The position numbers and the translations under genes are program-made. Below the pieces are notes generated by a model, which saw nothing but the letters and a program-made list of their open reading frames with translations, did no database searches and was not told the origin of the DNA. A stretch of DNA of 64,000 nt. Source: Macrostomum lignano (Eukaryota). Below are positions 1-10,484 of this stretch, piece by piece. Each line of letters opens with the position of its first letter. Positions within the stretch are counted from its first letter, which is position 1. The DNA is taken from contig NIVC01001187.1 of NCBI GenBank assembly GCA_002269645.1, positions 186,001 to 250,000 on the forward strand. The letters are read 5' to 3'.

Positions 1-652
1 ACACATCGTCAGAGAAGTACCAAATTAAGGTGGCAGCTCTAGGAGTCGAGCCTCCCCCCCAGCCGGGACCGAGGAACCAAGTCCTCAAGACCATCTAGAT
101 GTTCAAGCTGTCCTCATCAAGCCTCTTGAAGCTGTCTAAAATCGAGCCCGCTGTGAGCATGGAGCATTATCGGTCAGACAAGCAGGTGCCAAATTAAAAT
201 AAAACACGGGTAATGCGGTAAGACTATGCGGTAACTCAATGGAACTCTGCACTGTAAGAGTAAAGAAAGCTGAGGGCACAGAGCAAGGCACAGAGTTCAG
301 CCACTGCACTTCTGACACTAATTAACTTTCGGAGGCTGGAAAAATTGCCTCATCACATTGATAACAATACAAGCTGCGCACCAGGGGATCTTAGTTACCT
401 GAATAAACTATTGGGGAGCTCTAAGGATCCATACAGGATTTGCAGCCGGGATCCTTGAGGATTTGGACAAGAACCACTGTTGTATATCAGGACATTAAAC
501 TCATTTTTTCATCACAAAATCAATGATTGACTTTGATCTGGGGCAGTGAAGATTGCCATTTCTTTAATTTAGCATGCATGCGCGATCTTTGAGTTTACGC
601 CCTGTTATGCTACAGTGGTCCTTGGATTCGGGAGCTCAGATCCGGGATCCGG

Positions 653-2248
653 TCATCTCGCTGCGGCAGACGAAGGCGAAGCGGAACCGGATGAAGCCGA
701 CGAGGAGGCTGAGGCGGATCCAGCCGGGTGCTCGCGGTTGCCAGGCGCGTTTCCTGGCGCTGTAGAGGCGGCCGCATCAGCACCTGCAGCACCGGCGACG
801 GCGGCGGCGAGCTGCTCTGAAAAGTGCGGCACGTACTCCGAATAGGCGCAGTCGCCAACGCCCACCCGGCTGGCGAACGGGGCGCCGGGCCTCGGCCGGA
901 TGTATATGTGGCCGAGCGGCCTGCGGTCGATGGGGCAGGTGGGGCTGGTCTGGCACCAGCGGGCCAGGCAGGCGAAGCAGTACTGGTGGCAGCAGGCGTC
1001 GGGGACGCCAACGTCCGACTCGATGCGGTCGCAGCAGATGGCGCAGTCGCTGCCGATGTCCAGCATGTAGGTGGCCAGCCGGAGCTCGCCGCCGGTGGAG
1101 GCGTCGCGATCGGCGACTGTCGCTGCAGCTGGCAGCTGGCGGCCGGTGCCGCCGGACTGAAAGTCGAGGAAGGGGGCAAGAAGAGGACTAGTCATGGGAT
1201 TTGAGGTTCAAGGCAATGGATCTGACAGAGTTGCGGATTTGGGGTTCTGGTTAGAATAGGGGATTTGGGGGATCGGGGATTAGAGTATAGGGATTTGGAG
1301 GATTATGAATTAGGGTAAGGGACTTTGGGAGTTCGGGATTCGGGAACACAATACACAATATGTGAATAGGGGATTTGGGGAGTAGATGATGAGGGAATAG
1401 GGGAGTTGGGAATAGAGAATTTGGAAATAGGGGATTTTGGTAATAGGTGATTTGGGAATTGATGATTAGGGAATAGGGGATTCGGGAATAAGGGATTTGG
1501 GAATAGGGGATTCGGGAGTAGGGGATTCGGGAGTAGGGGATTCGGGAATAGGGGGTTCGGGAGTAGGGGATTCGGGAATAGGGGGTTCGGGAGTAGGGGA
1601 TTCGGGAATAGGGGATTTGGGAGTAGGGGATTCGGAAATAGGCGATTTGAGAATATGGGATTCGGAAATAGGGGATTTGCCTATAACATAGCTTTGGAAA
1701 AATATTCAATTCGGTAAATTCCGGGGCTCAGTGATTTGGGATACCAGTAATTTTAACTTGGATTCGGAATTAGCCTAATACTCGATCAACAGCTGCCCTC
1801 ACCTCGCTAGCTCCGCCGCTAGCTCCGCCGCCGCCATCGTCAGAGTCGTACTCGAACGGCGCCGGCAGCAGCCACCAGAGGCCGGTGGCGGCAGCAGCAG
1901 CGGCAGCGCCAGCCGGCTCGCAGTCCAACTCGTCCAGCGGGCACTGCCCGCAGGGCCGGCCCGCCCGAATCTTGTGAAAGCAGAGCTCGCGAAATATTCG
2001 ACCGCAGGTTGGACAGCGCGAGCCGCTGACCGGGTCGCTGCGCCGATGTAGGCCAGCATGCAGTTGATGTGGCAGAAGTGATCTGGGCAGGTCATGGGGT
2101 GGCACAGCTCGCTCTGGCCGAGGCCGACGGCGCCCCAGGCCCGGATGACCCGGCAGCACAGCAGGCAGACGGTGTGCGGCCTGGCGCGGGTCTGGCACCG
2201 GTGCCGAGCCCGCCAGACGCTTCTCTGCTTCTCCAGCCACTTCAGCAT
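653..2248 (-). CDS. Tandem (double) RING-finger protein, 2 exons: about 2248..1803 and 1156..653; apparent 1-nt frameshift near 2040
   Basis: Exon 2 has C3HC4 RING CAIC..CCHQYCFAC..CPID (PHRF1/SCAF11-like). Exon 1 has a second RING split over two frames (CLLC..CPDHFCHINC / CPTC). Donor GAG|GTGAGG at 1803/1802 and polypyrimidine acceptor CTTTCAG|TCC at 1157/1156 join in phase 0. Start codon uncertain. Confidence 0.6.
1250..1700. repeat. Minisatellite, about 15-bp unit GGGGATTCGGGA(A/G)TA, intronic
   Basis: Visible periodicity with degenerate ends; lies in intron 1157..1802. Confidence 0.9.
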
Positions 2249-2502
2249 GCGACGGCGGCAGCCCGGGGCTGAAATGGTGCATGCGCCTTGCAGACTACTG
2301 ACTGAGGAACTGGGCAGTAGCAAAATTAGAAAATACGGTTAATTTAAATTGTTATACCGAACGATTTAAAGATTTTGGGCACAAAAGATACGCGTGGTAA
2401 CTAAGAAGCCAACAAATGCGAATTGGCATTGAAAAATTGCATAATTATATATTTATCTAAATTACAGCCAGCTCCAGCTCAGCCACTCTGTACTCAGTCC
2501 AT

Positions 2503-2703
2503 TCAGTCCGAGGAGCCGTGCTTTCGCAGAGTTCGAATCTTCTTCACCTCCCTGTACAGCACCTCCTGCTGCACCAGCGGGTCGAAGGCCAGCAGCTCTT
2601 TTTTGGTTGGCGAGTTTCGCGGCCTGAAGGCCAGCCGGGTGTGGCCGGTGCCCGCCAGGCTCTCAACCAGCACCATCGTCATGCGCACGAAGCCGCTCGA
2701 CAT
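2503..2703 (-). CDS. MRPL33: Mitochondrial ribosomal protein L33 (bL33m), 66 aa
   Basis: VLVESLAGTGH..LLAFDPLVQQEVLYREVKKIRTL matches the bL33 family; AG acceptor at 2713-2712, 8 nt before the ATG. Confidence 0.88.
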   Translation of the reverse strand: MSSGFVRMTMVLVESLAGTGHTRLAFRPRNSPTKKELLAFDPLVQQEVLYREVKKIRTLRKHGSSD

Positions 2704-2757
2704 GGCAACGGCTGCAACAGGTGAGCGGCTGTGCGATTGGTTGGTATGCTTTAGCGG

Positions 2758-4000
2758 ACACACAGTACATGACCCTCAGCACAGACACACATTGCATGAC
2801 CCTCAGCACAGACACACATTACATAACCCTCAGCACAGACCCACATAGCATGACCCTCAGCACAGACACACATTACATGACCCTCAGCACAGACACACAT
2901 TACATGTACATGACCCTCAGCAGGCACACATTACATGACCCTCAGCACAGGACACACATTGCATGACCCTCAGCACAGACACACATTGCATGACCCTCAG
3001 CACAGACCCACATAGCATGACCCTCAGCACAGACCCACATTACATGACCCTCAGCACAGACACACATTACATGTACATGACCCTCAGCAGGCACACATTA
3101 CATGACCCTCAGCACAGGACACACATTGCATGACCCTCAGCACAGACACACATTGCATGACCCTCAGCACAGACACACATTGCATGACCCTCAGCACAGA
3201 CACACATTGCATGACCCTCAGCACAGACACACATTGCATGACCCTCAGCAGGCACACATTACATGACCCTCAGCACAGGACACACATTGCATGACCCTCA
3301 GCACAGACACACATTGCATGACCCTCAGCACAGACACACATTGCATGACCCTCAGCACAGACACACATTGCATGACCCTCAGCACAGACACACATTGCAT
3401 GACCCTCAGCACAGACACACATTGCATGACCCTCAGCACAGACACACATTGCATGACCCTCAGCAGGCACACATTACATGACCCTCAGCACAGGACACAC
3501 ATTGCATGACCCTCAGCACAGACACACATTGCATGACCCTCAGCACAGACACACATTGCATGACCCTCAGCACAGACACACATTGCATGACCCTCAGCAC
3601 AGACACACATTGCATGACCCTCAGCACAGACACACATGGCATGACCCTCAGCACAGACACACATTGCATGACCCTCAGCACAGACACACATTACATGACC
3701 CTCAGCACAGACACACATTACATGTACATGACCCTCAGCAGGCACACATTACATGACCCTCAGCACAGGACACACATTGCATGACCCTCAGCACAGACAC
3801 ACATTGCATGACCCTCAGCACAGACACACATTGCATGACCCTCAGCACAGACACACATTGCATGACCCTCAGCACAGACACACATTGCATGACCCTCAGC
3901 ACAGACACACATTGCATGACCCTCAGCACAGACACACATTGCATGACCCTCAGCACAGACACACATTGCATGACCCTCAGCACAGACACACATTACATGA
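2758..4000. repeat. Minisatellite, 27-bp unit CATGACCCTCAGCACAGACACACATTG, with recurring variant blocks
   Basis: Over 40 units; variant pair CAGCAGGCAC / CACAGGACAC recurs. Confidence 0.95.
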
Positions 4001-4714
4001 CTCCGAAACACTACAGATTATGATACGAGCCAGAGTCGAAGAATACCAAAGCAGCAATTTGGGAGCAAAGGTGTAAACTGAAATAACTGTATTTCAATAT
4101 ATCCGACAGCGCCAGTCCTGACAGGGGATCGATCACGTGACAGCAAGGGCCAGGGAAAGCTCAGCGTGCCGAAAAGGGATGGAGCCAACAGTGACATTGC
4201 AATGTCTGGGAAGGGGCGCAATGGGAAGACAACAGTGCAAAAATGAAGGGCAAATTGAACAGAATGAACACAATTTTGAATAATAAATTATTCAGTTTTA
4301 AAAGCGCTGGCTGAAAGCAGAGCAGAAATGCCAACAAGTGTAATATATGATCATACACGGGAGTGAAATGAAGCTAACGTGGCTTAAAGAATACTTTGAA
4401 GTGAAATTATGAGCAAAATTATAACTATACGTTTATAATTAAACAATTTACACTCAGTATGTCACGCTAGTAATGAAACAAGATAATACTACATATACAT
4501 AATATTACACCAGGTTGTAATACATGTAACACATTGGCACAAATTAGAATTTCAATTTTTCAATAATTCATTAAAATTTCCAGTGCTAGAGTAGCTGACA
4601 ATAATTAGCACAATTCAATAATGCCGCTCTGTATAGCTGACTAGTATAAACTCATTCCAACCTTGGCTAATCTGGTAATTAATCTCCCTGGTACTTGTTT
4701 GACAGGGGAATGGA

Positions 4715-5490
4715 GACCAGGGGTATGACATCATTGACAGGGGAATGGAGACCAGGGGTACGCCACCCGAGCCAGGTGAATGGAGACCAGGTACGCCACC
4801 CGAGCCAGGTGAATGGAGACCAGGTACGCCACCCGAGCCAGGGGAATGGAGACCAGGAACGCCACCCTAGCCAGGGGAATCGAGACCAGGTACACCACCC
4901 TAGCCAGGGGAATGGAGACCAGGTACACCACCCTAGCCAGGGGAATGGAGACCAGGTACACCACCCTAGCCAGGGGAATGGAGACCAGGTACACCACCCT
5001 AGCCAGGGGAATGGAGACCAGGTACACCACCCTAGCCAGGGGAATGGAGACCAGGTACACCACCCTAGCCAGGGGAATGGAGACCAGGTACACCACCCTA
5101 GCCAGGGGAATGGAGACCAGGTACACCACCCTAGCCAGGGGAATGGAGACCAGGTACACCACCCTAGCCAGGGGAATGGAGACCAGGTACACCACCCTAG
5201 CCAGGGGAATGGAGACCAGGTACACCACCCTAGCCAGGGGAATGGAGACCAGGTACACCACCCTAGCCAGGGGAATGGAGACCAGGTACACCACCCTAGC
5301 CAGGGGAATGGAGACCAGGTACACCACCCTAGCCAGGGGAATGGAGACCAGGTACACCACCCTAGCCAGGGGAATGGAGACCAGGTACACCACCCTAGCC
5401 AGGGGAATGGAGACCAGGGGTACGCCACCATTGACAGGGGAATGGAGACCAGGTACGCCACCCGAGCCAGGGGAATGGAGACCAGATACG
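4715..5490. repeat. Minisatellite, 33-bp unit GGGGAATGGAGACCAGGTACACCACCCTAGCCA
   Basis: About 23 units, identical in the core; source of the spurious ORFs at 4679-5755. Confidence 0.95.
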
Positions 5491-5642
5491 CCACCCTGAA
5501 CCTGGAAGTGGGGTCAGTTGATGATGCGCACATCAGCATGCGTGCGCGTGCGCAAATCCCCTGGAATAAAGCAGCTGAACCCAGCGCTTTGTTCAACCCC
5601 TGGAATCCCCAGTGGTAAAAATCCCGCGGCGATTGGCGAGCC

Positions 5643-7831
5643 TCACTTGGCCTGCACGTACACGGTGTCGGTTGGGCAGAGTCCCAGCTCGGCCAGGCTG
5701 GCCATGGGCTGCAGCTGGGACAGCAGCCGCCTGGGATGCGTGGCCAGCAATTCAAAGTCCTCAGCTGGGAAGCCTTCGCTGTCCAGCAGCACCGTCAGAG
5801 CCTTCAACCGGCTGCTGGCTGGCCAGTCCAGCGAGTTGCGCCGGCCGTCCGGGTAGCGGATGAGCAGCCGGCAGCGCTGCGGCTCATCTGGGTCGCCCAG
5901 CCACAGCCGGTGGTCCTGACCGTCCACCAGCCTGGAGGCCGCCACGGCACGGCGCAGCTGCTCCGCCTCGGCCTCTTCGCCGTTGTCGCAGTCAGGCCGC
6001 CTCGCCCCGACACCGTTGGCACCAAGCTCGGGCTGGTCGACACTTTGGCCGAGCTCCGGCGATTTGGACCGAGCCCGCTTGGCGGCCGGGGCAGCCGGCC
6101 CCGCAGCCGCTTCATCGATGGCAGCCGCAGCCTCCGAGTCGGACTCCGGCAGGCATTCCGGCCGCTCGAACTGCGCCAGAAACTCGGTCAGCCTGTCCAG
6201 GAAACTGTCCAGGTGGCGCAGCTGGCCGGGCGCGAACCTCAGCCGCTGCTCGCCCGTCACCGGGTCTAGCAGGGCCACGAAGGGGCAGCCGCCGGGAGCG
6301 CGGTAGTTGACGGCAAAACGGCAGCCGGCGGGAGACCGGCTGTCCAGCTGGAGGAACACGCAGCTGGCCTCCAGCACCGACTGCACGGCCGGCTCTGACC
6401 ACAGGTCCCGGTTGAGCAGCTGGCAGCTGAACTCGCCCACGTCCTGCGGCGTTTGAGATTCGCCAGCTGTAGCTGGACTGTAGTAGCCCTGCAGCCTGCG
6501 CTGCAGCCCCATCCGCCCCAGCTTGCAGTCTCCTCTGCCCCAGTTGCAGTCCCCTCTGCCCAAGCCTGTGCTGCAGTCCCCTCTGCCCCAGTTGCAGTCC
6601 CCTCTACCCCAGTTGCAGTCCCCTGTGCCCCAGTTGCAGTCCCCTCTGCCCAAGCCTGTGCTGCAGCCCCCTTCGGCCCCAGCTTGCAGCCCCCTCTGCT
6701 CCAGTCTGTGCTGCAGGCAGCCCCCTCTGCTCCAGCCTGTGCTGCAGCCCCCTCTGCTCCAGTCTGTGCTGCAGCCCCCTCTGCTCCAGTCTGTGCTGCA
6801 GCCCCCTCTGCTCCAGTCTGTGCTGCAGCCCCCTCTGCTCCAGTCTGCGCTGCAGCCCCATCCGCCCCAGCTTGCAGTCTCCTCTGCTCCAGCCTGTGCT
6901 GAAGCCCGCAGCTCCCTCTGCTCCAGCCTGCGGCCCTTCTGCTCCAGCCTATTATGCAGCTCCTTCTGCCCCCAGCCTGTGCTGCAGCCTCCTCGCCCAC
7001 CAGCCTACAGCCCCAGTCAGCAAGAATCAACAGGCCACAGCAGTAGCGCAGCCCGCCCCACCTGCAGGTCCACCAGCAGCCATTTGCCGGCCAGCCGGGC
7101 CTGCCGCATCGCGGATTCCAGGCTGCCGGGGTGCAGCAGCCCGCTGGGCGGCCGGTACAGGTCGTGCAGGCTGCGTTTGCCGGGCCGCCCGCCGCTGCTG
7201 CCACTGGCCGCCCCCGCCTCCTCCAGCATGGCGGCGCGATGATCGGCAAACGGTTGAACTGTCGGTCTGGCAGCGCCGCCGCTGCCATTGGCGCCGCTAT
7301 GCTGCGCAAAAATAGCGCCAGCATTTGGTGTCAGCTGCGCCACAGTCTGCGGCATCGGCGCCCGAGCCTCCTCGGAGCTGTCGGAGGGGGTGGCGGCCAG
7401 GCCGGAGTCGCCACTGCTGCCATCGGTGCCGGGGTGGAGCCGGCTGGCAGCCGGGGTTGGCGGCCCAGTCTCCATGTACATGTTCAGCGCCATCTCCAGG
7501 TTGTTGTTGCAGGCGGCCAGGTACTGGGCAGCCACTGCGCTTGTTGCCCCTGCGAAAGATGGAGAGGGTGGAATAATAATGTTAATAACAATTGCAGGGC
7601 TGTGGACACCCAGGTGCAACACCTTCGGCAGCCCATTCCACAGACTCGTGAGCACATATTAAGAACAAATGGCAAGGTTTCCAATGTGGATTCAAACAAT
7701 GTGCTTTTGGAGAGCACTTTATTAAAAAGATAGCTTGACTAGAGTTCTCTCCCATTGCAATAACAGTTTGAGCAATTTCAGAATAGCATCTCACCTGTAA
7801 TAGCACAGAAGTTCTCAGCCTCAGGCCCCAT
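5643..7831 (-). CDS. UBXN7: UBX domain-containing protein 7, join(7831..7795, 7549..7062, 6443..5643), about 441 aa
   Basis: UBA-like (FCAITG..YLAACNNNLEMALNMYM), UAS/thioredoxin-like (LYRPP..KWLLVDLQ|DVGEFSCQLLNRDLWS..LLDPVTGEQ), UIM-like and C-terminal UBX (LLIRYPDGRR..LGLCPTDTVYVQ). All junctions are GT-AG and keep the frame. Confidence 0.92.
6500..7010. repeat. Composite 21/27-bp minisatellite (GCAGCCCCCTCTGCTCCAG core) in UBXN7 intron 2
   Basis: Fills most of intron 6444..7061. Confidence 0.9.
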
Positions 7832-8408
7832 CCTGTTGCATATGAAGGACAGGCTGCTAGATTGAACTAGGTGGAGAGCAATTTCCAACAAAATATCATG
7901 AAAATATGTGCAATCTATATATACTCACAGTTCTTCATTTAGATATATAAGGCCACAGAAAAGTGACTGTTTATATAAGTTAATGTCTTGAAATTTAACT
8001 AGGTGCTATCATTTAGTAAAATATAGTAAAAAATTCAATATCTTAAATGCCTCTATTTCAATAGCATATAAGTATTTAATATTGAAGTTGTCATTTCTCT
8101 AGTAGAATTTTCTACTCATATTGAATAAAGCAAAAGATTTTAAAAGGGATGAAAGAAATTAATTGGATATTTACTATCGAATTATCTTTGCTAACAACAT
8201 AAGTATACAATAAACTTTAATGTCTAAACTTTTGTAGTTTTACTATTCTAAACACAACTTAAAAGAAGCATAAGAATATATTTAAAAACATGCTTCAAGC
8301 TTCAACATGTTGGTAAATATTAATAAAAAGTCTAAAAATAAATAAATTCTTTGATCAACTTTTAATAGAAAACTACTAACATGACTATTTTAATTGTAAG
8401 GCTTAGAA

Positions 8409-9033
8409 TAGGGGTTTGCAACCTCTAGCCCAGACTTTCTATGCGGCCTGTGAATTTCTTCTAGTTCTATCTTCATTATTATAATCTGGCTTGCACCATT
8501 ACAATAAACTTTTTTTGGCCTATAAAAGTTTTATGCACTGAAAATAGGGAATTTTTTTCTTAATTTTCAATTTTAATCACAAATTAGTACTGACACAAAC
8601 TAAGTCTGAGTGGCTGTTTACAAAGTTTTCAAAGACAGACAGCATATCAGTTCAAACTTTTGAATAGAATAGAAATAGGGGAACTAGTGGCAAAGGAAAG
8701 TGAAGTAGGCCTAGTGGCTTGCCAACAATAGGGATACAAATATAGTACATTGATTGGGCTGGCTGTGCAATAGAATCAAACTTTCTAAGAATACATCAAA
8801 TTATTATAAACTTGTTATTAATTTTGTTTCTTTAGTATGATCAAATTTTTTAAAACATTAGTAGTACAACTAGAAATTTGTTGAGAAGGCAGATTCTAGA
8901 GGGTAGAGACCCATGGAAGGATTTTGGAGGATAAAGACCCAGGGAGGGGTAGAGTAATAACAGGCAACCTGTGGCCCATGTATTTGAACTGAAAACCTCA
9001 CCTGGCCTTCAAGTAAAAAGTTGCCGATCCCTA
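8409..9033. mobile_element. Non-autonomous hAT (Charlie-like) DNA transposon, 625 bp
   Basis: Ends TAGGGGTTTGCAAC and (reverse complement) TAGGGATCGGCAAC; exact 8-bp TSD GCTTAGAA at 8401-8408 and 9034-9041. Confidence 0.8.
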
Positions 9034-9274
9034 GCTTAGAATCTCAAACATTAAACTTAAAAATAAGAAAAAGTCAATTTTTAACAATAGCAAAATATTT
9101 ATATTGTCAAATACTTTGAAAGCATTATAAATAGAAAAATAAAGCAATATTTGTAGTGTTAGGCATAGTTAATAAAAATCTTAACTCCTTTTAATGGTAA
9201 AAGCATTTGGATTAAATCCATTATACTTAAAAATCTTAACTTGTTAACTAGGCCTAGGGCCTAATATGATAATC

Positions 9275-9387
9275 TGGCTATCTTCAAGTTTCGTTCGTTT
9301 AATTCCAACACCCACCCCCCACCACCCTTGAATAGAGGGCGAAATAATTCTGGAAATAATTAAACGAACGAAACTTGAAGATTGCCA
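9275..9387. mobile_element. 113-bp MITE with 30-bp TIRs, TG..CA ends and 6-bp TSD
   Basis: TGGCTATCTTCAAGTTTCGTTCGTTTAATT vs AATTAAACGAACGAAACTTGAAGATTGCCA (1 mismatch); ATAATC at 9269-9274 and 9388-9393. Confidence 0.8.
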
Positions 9388-10049
9388 ATAATCCTTAATA
9401 TACAATAATCTATTGAAGTTAATATAGAAAATATAGCTACAGGAATTTTGCACTTTTTTTTACCAAAACAGACTTTATAATGCACAGTGATGCATTGTCT
9501 TCTTTTCTATCTTTTTAGCAAAACACAGTCCATAGTCAGAGGTCAATTTAAAAGCTAAAAAATAATAGACAATAATAACAGACATTTTATATACAAGTTT
9601 TTACTTGTATATCAAATGCTACTAAAAGTATGCATAAAGTAACTTAAATTTATTTGAAACCTGAAAAAGAATTAGTTAAGAATAAAATACAAACAGGAAG
9701 GTTGTAATGTTGTATCAAAAAGCATAGGCTGAATCTTACTAGGCCATCATATTCTATGAATAGGCGACAGTGACGGTCATGCTAATCATAAATCATACGA
9801 TGTCGATAGAATGAAAACAAAAAGCCATAATTTTATACCAGTTTTCGTATTTATTTTCTTGCATTAGATATATTATTACATTGTCATTGTTATACCTAGA
9901 AATGTCATGCAAACCCAAAAATATGCCAACTTACTAGCACAAACTCAACTTTATGCCAGAATTTTTCAGTATATGTAGATGTATAATGTTCAAGGTGCCT
10001 GAAATACAAATTTTTGATGTTCAATGTACGTGTGTGAAAAAACTTGACC

Positions 10050-10450
10050 CTGACCCAATCAACTCTCTTCTTCGACGATGACGACGACGACGACGACGCT
10101 TTTAAAAAAATTCTGTTTGGTGAAACAATTTTTTTATTCTTGTTAAAAGTTCCAAGCATCGAAGCTACATTTTTTTGAAAAAACAAATACTAAATCAGAA
10201 AAATAAAGAACATCCAGCAAAAAATTACTTACCAATAAGACAGACCATGCACTTTTTAACAACTTGACTTTCGGCGAATAATTTTTCAGCTGGCTTGCGG
10301 CGGCGATCCTTACTATTAAAGTTGCTGTATTTTTCGTAGTTCTACAAGAACACGACAAATCACAACGACTTAAGAGTTTGATGTTCAATTGCTATCGCGT
10401 AGGACACCTGCACAGTTTTTTATTTTCTTGTGGATTATTACCGTCAATCT
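10050..10450. promoter_or_regulatory. Possible divergent promoter region between UBXN7 (-) and M6 (+)
   Basis: CpG-enriched patch in AT-rich DNA between head-to-head genes; positional inference only. Confidence 0.3.
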
Positions 10451-10484
10451 ATTTTAAAGAACACATCTGTTTCAATAATCTCAA

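Noticed and set aside
1195-1222. Separate single-exon RING gene starting at ATG 1195 with acceptor at 1222
   Set aside because: A much stronger polypyrimidine acceptor at 1157 joins in frame to the upstream RING exon; the first 13 codons look intronic.
2758-5490. CRISPR-like appearance of regular repeats
   Set aside because: Units are contiguous without unique spacers, there are no cas genes, and the context is eukaryotic.
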